In this document: positions 1 to 14,514 of the stretch, one piece after another
How positions within the stretch are numbered: the stretch's first letter is position 1
How the letters are laid out: each line of letters opens with the position of its first letter
NCBI GenBank assembly: GCA_964016885.1
Contig: OZ024743.1
Span: forward strand, 102,424,001-102,488,000
Direction: 5' to 3'
Source of the DNA: Eledone cirrhosa
Lineage: Eukaryota
DNA: 64,000 nt
Made by a program: the position numbers and the translations under genes
The notes under the pieces: model-generated
What the model was told of the DNA's origin: nothing
What the model saw: the letters and a program-made list of their open reading frames with translations, nothing else
The model's database searches: none

Positions 1-453
1 CTGGGTATCAAAAAATAAAAATGGTATTTATAGGTCTCTACAAGTGGTAGGAGAGGGTGGGGAGTGGGATGGGTGTAGGTCATTGGTTGATAGAAAAGGG
101 AATTCATTAAAAGCTAATTCTACAAAGCTATAGTTTATTTTTATTTATTTATGTTTTTAGAGTAACAAGGGCAGACAGAATTCTATAAACAGGTTCCGGA
201 TGGCATACCATTCCTTGTCATTAAGTTTCCCTTAAGCTAACAGATGTCTATAAGATCAGTGGGGGGTCAGTCATGGTCGATAGTATTAAAGAAAAGGGAG
301 ATTCTTTAAAAGCTAAAATCATTAAGGTTCTACTAACTGACAAAGGTTTAGAGAATTCTGTAGACAGATTCAAAATACTGAGTGCAAATCTTACAATTAT
401 CTTCGAACTTCTCTTAAACTAATCATCTATATGCCAAAAATCAACAGACACAT

Positions 454-1266
<813 letters not shown>

Positions 1267-1416
1267 GTATTTCAGTATACATATATGGATGTACATCTTT
1301 AACTTAATTGTTTAAGCGTCAGTCATACAAAAGTGAGTTACAAACGAAACGAAATTTAATTTCGTTTCGTTATTTGTTTTTATCGTCTCCGTTGAACCGG
1401 TACTTACTCACACTCT

Positions 1417-1424
1417 ATGCAAAT
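1417..1424 (+). promoter_or_regulatory. Octamer motif ATGCAAAT, candidate snRNA-type promoter element
   Basis: Exact octamer 100 nt upstream of the HHR core, followed by TAATTTTCATA; both motifs conserved in the diverged copy (60706-60713, minus). Confidence 0.4.
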
Positions 1425-1509
1425 TGGTCTGCCCACTACTAATTTTCATAGAAAAAGCTTATAACGATATGTGCTTTTACGATTCTCTAGAGAGGCCGGA
1501 AGATAGGTA

Positions 1510-1554
1510 AATATTGCTGATGAGTTGTAACAACAACGAAACTAGTTCAATATT
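1510..1554 (+). ncRNA. Minimal type I hammerhead ribozyme
   Basis: aatattg-CTGATGA-gttg(taacaa)caac-GAAA-ctag-TT-caatatt: perfect 7-bp stem I, 4-bp stem II, palindromic stem III (AACTAGTT). Confidence 0.88.
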
Positions 1555-1773
1555 CCTTGTCTGGCTTTCTGGAGAATAGAGGAAAGGTGTTTCCTCAAAA
1601 ACCAGTATGACTCTAAAAACCGGTTTGTCTGTGTGTTTACATACAGAATAGCTGGCCACTCACAGTAAAGTGACCAGTGAAAAAACTTGGTACATCTACA
1701 TATGTATACGTGTGTGTATTCATATACATACTAGTATTTCAGTATACATATATGGATGTACATCTTTAACTTA

Positions 1774-2797
<1,024 letters not shown>

Positions 2798-3372
2798 TAT
2801 GTAGATAAATCTACCAAGAGTTTACGGTAGTGTCCAATCCGTATGAAGAACTCAATGTATTCCGGATATCATGGAAAGAAGAGATGTAATGAAAATCCAA
2901 TTTCGGTGAAAGATAAACGGTATACAGAGTCAAGATAAAATATTAAACAAATAATGAAACAATTCCTTATATTAAACAAAAAAAGTTCACTATTTAACGA
3001 TCGTTTCTAGGGCATATATGTGTTATAATTGGTATGCATATTTAACAGATCTATGTACAAAATTATACAAAATTATACAAATTATCAAGATTAAATATAC
3101 ATACCTAACTCATATATACGCCGTCTTCAGAAATAATGAAGTATATTTATTGATAATAACAACAATTCAAAATATCAGTTCAAAATTGACCAATGAAAAC
3201 ACAAAGGGTTAAAAAGCAGTTTGGTGTGTGTATATACATGTAAAACCCCACACACATTTTACAATAATGTGTGTATAATCTGTATGTGCATACTAAAAAG
3301 ATGGATGCAAATAAAAAATTTCAAGGTTAATATCTCTGTAAGCTTAATGCTCTGATAAGATACGCAATGATA
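2798..3372 (-). repeat. PLE1 3' pseudo-LTR
   Basis: Near-identical to 9031-9608 (same 64-aa spurious ORF at 3018 and 9254). Confidence 0.9.
2991..3135 (-). ncRNA. Type I hammerhead ribozyme with long stem II (PLE1 pLTR)
   Basis: Reverse complement of 13741-13885: tattt-CTGAAGA-long hairpin-GAAA-cgatcg-TT-aaata. Confidence 0.72.
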
Positions 3373-3912
3373 CTTATGGAGTCAAGCATATAAATATATT
3401 TTTTTCATACTCACACATATCAGTATAATCACACATACATGTGCGTATATATATAAATATACACATAACCACGAACACACAAACACACACACTCCCCCAC
3501 TCACATTTATATATGTGGATATAAAATCATAAGCAAATAGAAATTAAGTCACTCACATAAACACACTGGTACACACATTTCAAGATCAAGATACAGAAAT
3601 TAGGTGGGAGGGGGGGGGGGGAGGGGTCAGTATTAGACTGTCAGACCAGACAACCTTAATATAAATGTATCTATAAATTATGAAAAATAAAAAAATAAAA
3701 ACAATAAAGTATAATACATATAATATAATGTACGTACGCATACAGATATACATACACATACATACATGTACGCGCACGTAGAGATATCTATACATACATA
3801 CATACACACATACCTATACTGTCATACACACACATACATTTACACGAACATACACATACACATATAAAAAGATATAAATACGGACACACACACGCGCAAC
3901 ACATACATACAT

Positions 3913-3959
<47 letters not shown>

Positions 3960-4078
3960 TACATATATATACACACACACGTAGACTCATATATATATAC
4001 ACATACACATACATACATTTATACACAAACATATATATCCCACACTCATACCACCATATAAACACATACAAACATCCA

Positions 4079-4137
<59 letters not shown>

Positions 4138-4358
4138 ACATACACACACGTACACACATATGTATATATACATACATATATACACACATACACATATATA
4201 TATATCCACACACACACATAAAATACAGACATGCACATATATATATATATATATATATATATTTCATTACTCTTATATATACACATAGTATATATACATA
4301 CACAACCTCACTTATACACATATACACATAAGTTATATTACAATAATAATAAAGAATA

Positions 4359-4389
<31 letters not shown>

Positions 4390-4540
4390 CATATATATAT
4401 ACACACATATACACATATACATACACACACATACACATACATACATACATACACATACATACATACACCTAAATATAAACATATATAAATACACACATAC
4501 GAATAAAGACATATATTCACACATAGACACCTATATACAC

Positions 4541-4572
<32 letters not shown>

Positions 4573-4602
4573 CTATATACACACACATACACATACATAC
4601 AC

Positions 4603-4635
<33 letters not shown>

Positions 4636-4673
4636 TACACGGACACACATACACACAGACACACATACACACT

Positions 4674-4710
<37 letters not shown>

Positions 4711-6436
4711 ATGTGAGTGTGCGCCAATACATATATATATATATACACACACACACATACAAACACACACAAACTCATACATATACATACGCACACACAC
4801 ACACACATATACCACATAGATACGAAGATAAACATATAAATAGAGAGACATACAAATATATACAGAACCCATATACACATACATACAAACACGCATATAC
4901 ATATATATACATATATACACACATATATATTCCTATATACAAGCATACACATACACACACATTTATACATATACATACACATATACATATCACACATTCA
5001 CATACACGTACATATATAATACATATATATACATACATATACATATATATGTATGTACAATCATATATACACACTCAATCTTACATTCATATTTACATGC
5101 TCATATATGTATTTTTATATTTAGAAATAAATACCAAAAAAACTATAAAGACACACATCTACACATATATTCATACATATACACTTACAAAAACAGATGA
5201 TAATAGTATGGGGGAAAGGGGGGGTTTGGAGAAGGGGATCAAAGTAAATATATGTTTCAAGAAACATATAATATTTTCCATATCTTAATTCAATGTATGT
5301 TCCTAACATATTTTCAGTGCTAGGAAATACGAAATCTATGCATCACAAAATAAAAAAGTATACTATTAATCATATGTCAACTAAACCAAAGATAGTCAAC
5401 ATATTGATTTCCAAGGTGTAAATTAGTTAGGTTTATAATATTTGAGGCAGAATTATGAAGTCAAACAGTAGTAGATTATTAATTACATTATAACTAAATT
5501 AAAGTTAATAACGTTATGGTATCAATATTAGGAGATGAATAGGGAAAAGAAACCCAAATAAAAATAAAAATAAAATAAAGTATTACATCGGTAGTAGCAT
5601 ATAAATTATATGTTAACTAAGTTAAAAATTATATATTTATTTCAATAGTATATGTTAATTAGTATATGTTAATTAGGTATACAATACATAAAGCAGATAT
5701 TGTATTTCATCAATAGCATAATATAATTATATGCAAACAAAAATCAAAATTAATACGCACACATATACATATACATACACATACACATACCTATACATAT
5801 ACATACACATATATATATATATATATATACATATATATACACATACATACATACATAGTCACATAAATATACATACAGATACACGTACAACACACACATA
5901 TACATATACATATAGATATACATATCTTTTTCAAAAAATTTGCACAGAATATATTAACTAGGTATATATCCAAAAACACCTCCCATTCTATGATTATATG
6001 ACATTCTGCAATTTGTCTGTACAATGATACTAATTTTAAGCAAATTAAAGTTAAAATTAAAGTTTTAGGTTGATTAAAGCTAAAACCAAATAATAAATAT
6101 ATTTCCAAAATGTATATTAATTAGGTCAATAATACTAAAAATTCTTTCTCCGTCATAGGATACATGATATTATTTTGTTATATTTTATCTGTAAAAGAAT
6201 TATAATAAAAAAAAATTATAATAAAAGGTTAAACTAAATTAAAAAATTATAATAAAAGGTTAAAATAAGTTAAAATTAATCTATAAATTAAATTACTGAA
6301 TATATATTAGTAATATTTAAAGGTTTTTCAAAATTAATGATTACATAATATTTTCTCATCTGTAATAAAATATTAATTAAATTAAATTTATAGGTTAACT
6401 AACATTTAAATTAAATTAAATTCTAGAATAATGTTA

Positions 6437-8878
6437 TTAATTAGGTTTATAATATTTAAATGTTTTTTTTAGTTTATGATTACACGATATAATTAATTCC
6501 TGTCTTTTATTTAATAAGATATCCCTAGACTTCATTATTTCAAATAGTTCTTGGGAACATAATCTACATTCCTTTCTATTATTTTGATAAGGGGTGGCTC
6601 TTTTGAGCACACTCCAGGTCAAATCATATTTTATATTTTTATTTTTATAACTATTGATTTTTTCTGCTAGAGATGTTGTATTAGCCAGTGCGGCATTTTT
6701 AAAGCTATGTTTGTGGGTATTATATCTTGTCTTAAAATTGTTAGAGGTAGCTCCTATATATGAGCAAATAGAATCTTTAGTTTTAACATTACATTTATAG
6801 ACTATGTTGTTAACAAGACAATTCCCTTTTAATGGGCAGTTTGTTTTGTTTCTACAGTTACATCCTTTCGTTAATTCTGTATTTGAGGAGATATTATTGT
6901 TAATTTGATGTACTGGTGGTATACTTATAGTTTTCTTACATTTATATGCATTATATGCACTTATATTTTGTTTTATGTTATTTGTTGTAGAATATGAGAA
7001 TTTAACTGTAGACCTATTTAAGATTTGATGGTATTTGTGGTTTGGCGGGAAATTTTTCTCAAGGATATAAAAAAATTTTTTAGCAATATTATCCTTAACT
7101 TGTAAATTAAAAGGAGCATTATACCAAGTAACTCGTCTATTACGGTTTCTATGTTGTTTATTATTTTTATTATTTTTATATGTTGTATCATGATTTTTAC
7201 TAGGAGGAATAATGTTAATGATCTCACCACAACTATTTTTAGTTATATTTGTAGATTTAGGTGTTTTATCTTTTTTATTAGGAGTTTTATTATTAATATT
7301 TATTATAGTCTTATGATGAGTAGTTTTTTGAGGGTTACTATACTTTATATTAAAAGATTTAGTATTTTGGGGTATACTGTGGGTGGCATTTAGGTGTGTA
7401 CTTTTCATTTGGTGTTTGTTGGTAATATTATGCTGTATGCTTTCAGTATTTTTAGTAGAAGGTATATACTCTAATCTATTTTTGTGGCCACTTCTATCTA
7501 GAGCTTCATTATAAAAGGTCGCATTTTTATCAAATACATCTTGGTTAGAAGAAAGGTTAGAAATTCTAAGTGATATATTATATGCAAGGTTTTTAAGGAT
7601 AGATTTAGGGTGATTAGATTGTGAGTGTATGTAATGTAAGTTTTGGTTAGGTTTATGGTAAGGTTGGTATATACCCGTAGCTAAATCTAAAGTTATATCT
7701 AGGAAATTTACTACTTTACTTGTTTTTTCAAAAGTAATATTAAGATTATAATAGTCTTTAAGGAAAGTTCTAATATGCTTTTTGTTTTTTTCGATTTCTG
7801 AAAGGCTAAGGTTGTTAGAAAGAAGAAGACAGTCATCACGATATAAACCACCTTTGAGGTGGGGAAAAGAGGCATTTATGTTGAAAAGGAGAAAGAGGCC
7901 CACAAGATCAGTAATTTGGGCAGAATCGCTTGAACCCATAGTAATATCAAAAAGATTACTATAAGTGTTTCTGGTCCAGTATTCATTCTGAAATTTAATA
8001 AGTGTTTGTCTAGCATGTGTAATAATGTTAATGTCATCCGAAGTTAAACTAGATCTATTTTTAGCAAATATTAATGCTTTGTTCAGGAGTATGGGTGATA
8101 TAGAAGAATAATAATTATCTATATCAAACTGTAGGAAAGAAGCAGAAGATTTACATCTAATATTTTTAAACCAATTAATTACCTGGGAGGTGTTTTCCCA
8201 GAGTGGTAAAATAACATATTTTCTTATTTGTGGGATGACTCTATCTAAAATTTTTTTGCTAATTATTCCAATATCTGATTTGGAGGGACATATAAGTCTA
8301 ATAGAAGGATTAGAGTTAAAGTTAGATTTGTGATCTTTCAGGTTGAAGTGTGGACTTCTCAATGCCAAAGGTTCAGTTCTATCTTCAATATTTAGTTTTT
8401 TTACTATGTTGTGTGTTTTGTTGTTGATGTTGGTGAGTGACGCATTATTAGATTTTTTATAATTTTTTCTGAGTTCTTTATATATGAACTCATTATAATG
8501 TTCAACATCCATATGATACAAGTTACCAGTTTTGTCCGAGTGGACATGGATTTTTTTAGACTTTTTTAGGTCCAATAGGGTAGAATCAAGGTCCTTTTGA
8601 AAGACGGATTTATACTTTTTAAATTTTAGGTGTTTAATTAAATTAAAAAGGTCTTTCTCGAAGTCTTCAAGTAAAAAGTTGTGTGGTGGATTCTTGTAAG
8701 TGTTGAAATCATACATATATTTCCGATCTGCTTGTTTAGATTTCCTATCAAAGTGGTAGGCTCTCCATCTAACCCTTCTGATAAAATTATTAGTTTTCTG
8801 AATCATAAGGAGTAAGAAGTCGTCCTTAGAAGGTATTGGTATGTTTTTTAAGGAGGTTCCTAAATATTGTTTTTCCAT
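6437..8878 (-). CDS. PLE1 reverse transcriptase / GIY-YIG endonuclease protein (813 aa from first ATG, MEKQYLG...)
   Basis: N-terminal SLKNIPIPS...FIRRVRWRA; RT motifs FLQFDIDNYYSSIS, MGSSDSAQITDLVGL, GLYRDD, NFLDITLDL; linker CNCRNKTNCPLKGNC; GIY-YIG IVYKC...YIGAT...FKTRY..H and CRLC; no internal stops. Confidence 0.93.
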   Translation of the reverse strand: MEKQYLGTSLKNIPIPSKDDFLLLMIQKTNNFIRRVRWRAYHFDRKSKQADRKYMYDFNTYKNPPHNFLLEDFEKDLFNLIKHLKFKKYKSVFQKDLDSTLLDLKKSKKIHVHSDKTGNLYHMDVEHYNEFIYKELRKNYKKSNNASLTNINNKTHNIVKKLNIEDRTEPLALRSPHFNLKDHKSNFNSNPSIRLICPSKSDIGIISKKILDRVIPQIRKYVILPLWENTSQVINWFKNIRCKSSASFLQFDIDNYYSSISPILLNKALIFAKNRSSLTSDDINIITHARQTLIKFQNEYWTRNTYSNLFDITMGSSDSAQITDLVGLFLLFNINASFPHLKGGLYRDDCLLLSNNLSLSEIEKNKKHIRTFLKDYYNLNITFEKTSKVVNFLDITLDLATGIYQPYHKPNQNLHYIHSQSNHPKSILKNLAYNISLRISNLSSNQDVFDKNATFYNEALDRSGHKNRLEYIPSTKNTESIQHNITNKHQMKSTHLNATHSIPQNTKSFNIKYSNPQKTTHHKTIININNKTPNKKDKTPKSTNITKNSCGEIINIIPPSKNHDTTYKNNKNNKQHRNRNRRVTWYNAPFNLQVKDNIAKKFFYILEKNFPPNHKYHQILNRSTVKFSYSTTNNIKQNISAYNAYKCKKTISIPPVHQINNNISSNTELTKGCNCRNKTNCPLKGNCLVNNIVYKCNVKTKDSICSYIGATSNNFKTRYNTHKHSFKNAALANTTSLAEKINSYKNKNIKYDLTWSVLKRATPYQNNRKECRLCSQELFEIMKSRDILLNKRQELIISCNHKLKKTFKYYKPN

Positions 8879-9030
8879 TGTGATATGGATGATGGACAAT
8901 TGAAAGAGCTCAACTAAATGTATATGGGTTTACAAAATCATACATATATATATGTTTATACATAAATATAAAATTAATACACACATACAGTACAAAAATA
9001 CGAATATTTCCGTGAAAATAGGAGCAAAAT

Positions 9031-9608
9031 TATGTAGATAAATCTACCAAGAGTTTACGGTAGTGTCCAATCCGTATGAAGAACTCAATGTATTCCGGAT
9101 ATCATGGAAAGAAGAGATGTAATGAAAATCCAATTTCGGTGAAAGATAAACGGTATACAGAGTCAAGATAAAATATTAAACAAATAATGAACAAACAATT
9201 CCTTATATTAAACAAAAAAAGTTCACTATTTAACGATCGTTTCTAGGGCATATATGTGTTATAATTGGTATGCATATTTAACAGATCTATGTACAAAATT
9301 ATACAAAATTATACAAATTATCAAGATTAAATATACATACCTAACTCATATATACGCCGTCTTCAGAAATAATGAAGTATATTTATTGATAATAACAACA
9401 ATTCAAAATATCAGTTCAAAATTGACCAATGAAAACACAAAGGGTTAAAAAGCAGTTTGGTGTGTGTATATACATGTAAAACCCCACACACATTTTACAA
9501 TAATGTGTGTATAATCTGTATGTGCATACTAAAAAGATGGATGCAAATAAAAAATTTCAAGGTTAATATCTCTGTAAGCTTAATGCTCTGATAAGATACG
9601 CAATGATA
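9031..9608 (-). repeat. PLE1 5' pseudo-LTR
   Basis: Direct repeat of 2798-3372 immediately upstream of the ORF. Confidence 0.9.
9227..9371 (-). ncRNA. Type I hammerhead ribozyme with long stem II (PLE1 5' pLTR)
   Basis: Same motif as 2991-3135 and 13741-13885. Confidence 0.72.
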
Positions 9609-12167
9609 AAACACCTAAATCTACAAATATAACTAAAAATAGTTGTGGTGAGATCATTAACATTATTCCTCCTAGTAAAAATCATGATACAACATATAAA
9701 AATAATAAAAATAATAAACAACATAGAAACCGTAATAGACGAGTTACTTGGTATAATGCTCCTTTTAATTTACAAGTTAAGGATAATATTGCTAAAAAAT
9801 TTTTTTATATCCTTGAGAAAAATTTCCCGCCAAACCACAAATACCATCAAATCTTAAATAGGTCTACAGTTAAATTCTCATATTCTACAACAAATAACAT
9901 AAAACAAAATATAAGTGCATATAATGCATATAAATGTAAGAAAACTATAAGTATACCACCAGTACATCAAATTAACAATAATATCTCCTCAAATACAGAA
10001 TTAACGAAAGGATGTAACTGTAGAAACAAAACAAACTGCCCATTAAAAGGGAATTGTCTTGTTAACAACATAGTCTATAAATGTAATGTTAAAACTAAAG
10101 ATTCTATTTGCTCATATATAGGAGCTACCTCTAACAATTTTAAGACAAGATATAATACCCACAAACATAGCTTTAAAAATGCCGCACTGGCTAATACAAC
10201 ATCTCTAGCAGAAAAAATCAATAGTTATAAAAATAAAAATATAAAATATGATTTGACCTGGAGTGTGCTCAAAAGAGCCACCCCTTATCAAAATAATAGA
10301 AAGGAATGTAGATTATGTTCCCAAGAACTATTTGAAATAATGAAGTCTAGGGATATCTTATTAAATAAAAGACAGGAATTAATTATATCGTGTAATCATA
10401 AACTAAAAAAAACATTTAAATATTATAAACCTAATTAATAACATTATTCTAGAATTTAATTTAATTTAAATGTTAGTTAACCTATAAATTTAATTTAATT
10501 AATATTTTATTACAGATGAGAAAATATTATGTAATCATTAATTTTGAAAAACCTTTAAATATTACTAATATATATTCAGTAATTTAATTTATAGATTAAT
10601 TTTAACTTATTTTAACCTTTTATTATAATTTTTTAATTTAGTTTAACCTTTTATTATAATTTTTTTTTTTTATTATAATTCTTTTACAGATAAAATATAA
10701 CAAAATAATATCATGTATCCTATGACGGAGAAAGAATTTTTAGTATTATTGACCTAATTAATATACATTTTGGAAATATATTTATTATTTGGTTTTAGCT
10801 TTAATCAACCTAAAACTTTAATTTTAACTTTAATTTGCTTAAAATTAGTATCATTGTACAGACAAATTGCAGAATGTCATATAATCATAGAATGGGAGGT
10901 GTTTTTGGATATATACCTAGTTAATATATTCTGTGCAAATTTTTTGAAAAAGATATGTATATCTATATGTATATGTATATGTGTGTGTTGTACGTGTATC
11001 TGTATGTATATTTATGTGACTATGTATGTATGTATGTGTATATATATGTATATATATATATATATATATGTGTATGTATATGTATAGGTATGTGTATGTG
11101 TATGTATATGTATATGTGTGCGTATTAATTTTGATTTTTGTTTGCATATAATTATATTATGCTATTGATGAAATACAATATCTGCTTTATGTATTGTATA
11201 CCTAATTAACATATACTAATTAACATATACTATTGAAATAAATATATAATTTTTAACTTAGTTAACATATAATTTATATGCTACTACCGATGTAATACTT
11301 TATTTTATTTTTATTTTTATTTGGGTTTCTTTTCCCTATTCATCTCCTAATATTGATACCATAACGTTATTAACTTTAATTTAGTTATAATGTAATTAAT
11401 AATCTACTACTGTTTGACTTCATAATTCTGCCTCAAATATTATAAACCTAACTAATTTACACCTTGGAAATCAATATGTTGACTATCTTTGGTTTAGTTG
11501 ACATATGATTAATAGTATACTTTTTTATTTTGTGATGCATAGATTTCGTATTTCCTAGCACTGAAAATATGTTAGGAACATACATTGAATTAAGATATGG
11601 AAAATATTATATGTTTCTTGAAACATATATTTACTTTGATCCCCTTCTCCAAACCCCCCCTTTCCCCCATACTATTATCATCTGTTTTTGTAAGTGTATA
11701 TGTATGAATATATGTGTAGATGTGTGTCTTTATAGTTTTTTTGGTATTTATTTCTAAATATAAAAATACATATATGAGCATGTAAATATGAATGTAAGAT
11801 TGAGTGTGTATATATGATTGTACATACATATATATGTATATGTATGTATATATATGTATTATATATGTACGTGTATGTGAATGTGTGATATGTATATGTG
11901 TATGTATATGTATAAATGTGTGTGTATGTGTATGCTTGTATATAGGAATATATATGTGTGTATATATGTATATATATGTATATGCGTGTTTGTATGTATG
12001 TGTATATGGGTTCTGTATATATTTGTATGTCTCTCTATTTATATGTTTATCTTCGTATCTATGTGGTATATGTGTGTGTGTGTGTGCGTATGTATATGTA
12101 TGAGTTTGTGTGTGTTTGTATGTGTGTGTGTGTATATATATATATATGTATTGGCGCACACTCACAT

Positions 12168-12204
<37 letters not shown>

Positions 12205-12242
12205 AGTGTGTATGTGTGTCTGTGTGTATGTGTGTCCGTGTA

Positions 12243-12277
<35 letters not shown>

Positions 12278-12307
12278 GTGTATGTATGTGTATGTGTGTG
12301 TATATAG

Positions 12308-12339
<32 letters not shown>

Positions 12340-12490
12340 GTGTATATAGGTGTCTATGTGTGAATATATGTCTTTATTCGTATGTGTGTATTTATATATG
12401 TTTATATTTAGGTGTATGTATGTATGTGTATGTATGTATGTATGTGTATGTGTGTGTATGTATATGTGTATATGTGTGTATATATATATG

Positions 12491-12521
<31 letters not shown>

Positions 12522-12742
12522 TATTCTTTATTATTATTGTAATATAACTTATGTGTATATGTGTATAAGTGAGGTTGTGTATGTATATATACTATGTGTA
12601 TATATAAGAGTAATGAAATATATATATATATATATATATATATGTGCATGTCTGTATTTTATGTGTGTGTGTGGATATATATATATGTGTATGTGTGTAT
12701 ATATGTATGTATATATACATATGTGTGTACGTGTGTGTATGT

Positions 12743-12799
<57 letters not shown>

Positions 12800-12910
12800 T
12801 GGATGTTTGTATGTGTTTATATGGTGGTATGAGTGTGGGATATATATGTTTGTGTATAAATGTATGTATGTGTATGTGTATATATATATGAGTCTACGTG
12901 TGTGTGTATA

Positions 12911-12965
<55 letters not shown>

Positions 12966-13944
12966 ATGTATGTATGTGTTGCGCGTGTGTGTGTCCGTAT
13001 TTATATCTTTTTATATGTGTATGTGTATGTTCGTGTAAATGTATGTGTGTGTATGACAGTATAGGTATGTGTGTATGTATGTATGTATAGATATCTCTAC
13101 GTGCGCGTACATGTATGTATGTGTATGTATATCTGTATGCGTACGTACATTATATTATATGTATTATACTTTATTGTTTTTATTTTTTTATTTTTCATAA
13201 TTTATAGATACATTTATATTAAGGTTGTCTGGTCTGACAGTCTAATACTGACCCCTCCCCCCCCCCTCCCACCTAATTTCTGTATCTTGATCTTGAAATG
13301 TGTGTACCAGTGTGTTTATGTGAGTGACTTAATTTCTATTTGCTTATGATTTTATATCCACATATATAAATGTGAGTGGGGGAGTGTGTGTGTTTGTGTG
13401 TTCGTGGTTATGTGTATATTTATATATATACGCACATGTATGTGTGATTATACTGATATGTGTGAGTATGAAAAAAATATATTTATATGCTTGACTCCAT
13501 AAGTATCATTGCGTATCTTATCAGAGCATTAAGCTTACAGAGATATTAACCTTGAAATTTTTTATTTGCATCCATCTTTTTAGTATGCACATACAGATTA
13601 TACACACATTATTGTAAAATGTGTGTGGGGTTTTACATGTATATACACACACCAAACTGCTTTTTAACCCTTTGTGTTTTCATTGGTCAATTTTGAACTG
13701 ATATTTTGAATTGTTGTTATTATCAATAAATATACTTCATTATTTCTGAAGACGGCGTATATATGAGTTAGGTATGTATATTTAATCTTGATAATTTGTA
13801 TAATTTTGTATAATTTTGTACATAGATCTGTTAAATATGCATACCAATTATAACACATATATGCCCTAGAAACGATCGTTAAATAGTGAACTTTTTTTGT
13901 TTAATATAAGGAATTGTTTGTTCATTATTTGTTTAATATTTTAT
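9605..13944 (+). repeat. Inverted 5'-truncated PLE1 copy (linker, GIY-YIG, 3' UTR, partial pLTR)
   Basis: Reverse complement of 2935-7270 (mirrored ORF pairs such as 7018-7230/9645-9857 and 5731-5961/10917-11147); junction microhomology GATA at 9605-9608. Confidence 0.93.
13741..13885 (+). ncRNA. Type I hammerhead ribozyme with ~110-nt stem II
   Basis: tattt CTGAAGA c-ggcgtatatatgagtta-ggtatgtatatttaa...ttaaatatgcatacc..taacacatatatgcc-cta GAAA cgatcg TT aaata; palindromic stem III AACGATCGTT. Confidence 0.72.
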
Positions 13945-13962
13945 ATATATATATACACACAC

Positions 13963-14021
<59 letters not shown>

Positions 14022-14042
14022 TACACACATACACACACACAC

Positions 14043-14091
<49 letters not shown>

Positions 14092-14514
14092 CACATATAC
14101 ATACACATACACATACATACATACATACATACATACATACACATACACATACATACACATATATACACATATATATATATATACATACATATATATATAC
14201 ACATATATATACATATATACATATTTATACATACATAAATATACACACATAAAACACATATACACACAAACATATATATATATATATACACATACACATA
14301 CATATACACACATAAAAACAAATATATACACATACAAATAAATAAGTACTCAATAAATATACGCATATACGCAGGCACATAAACACACCTCTACAGGCAG
14401 AAAATGTAGATACGAAAGAGGTACTCACATAACCATAGTGGCCGTATTTCACGTTGAGGAGGGGTGGGGGTAGGGTGGGGAGGAGGTATAGGGGCCAATA
14501 GGGAGAGGTCGTTT

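Larger units (their letters stand above)
2798..13944 (-). mobile_element. PLE1: Penelope-like retroelement (Naiad-like), full-length copy plus inverted 5'-truncated copy
   Basis: RT+GIY-YIG ORF; ~575 bp direct pseudo-LTRs (2798-3372 and 9031-9608); inverted copy 9605-13944 of 7270-2935; both 3' ends run into (TA)n. Confidence 0.92.

Noticed and set aside
1-453. Diverged ~180-190 bp internal duplication at the window start (gaaaaggga..ttc.ttaaaagctaa; agaattct.ta.acag.ttc)
   Set aside because: Truncated by the window edge and too diverged to assign; possibly a TE UTR.
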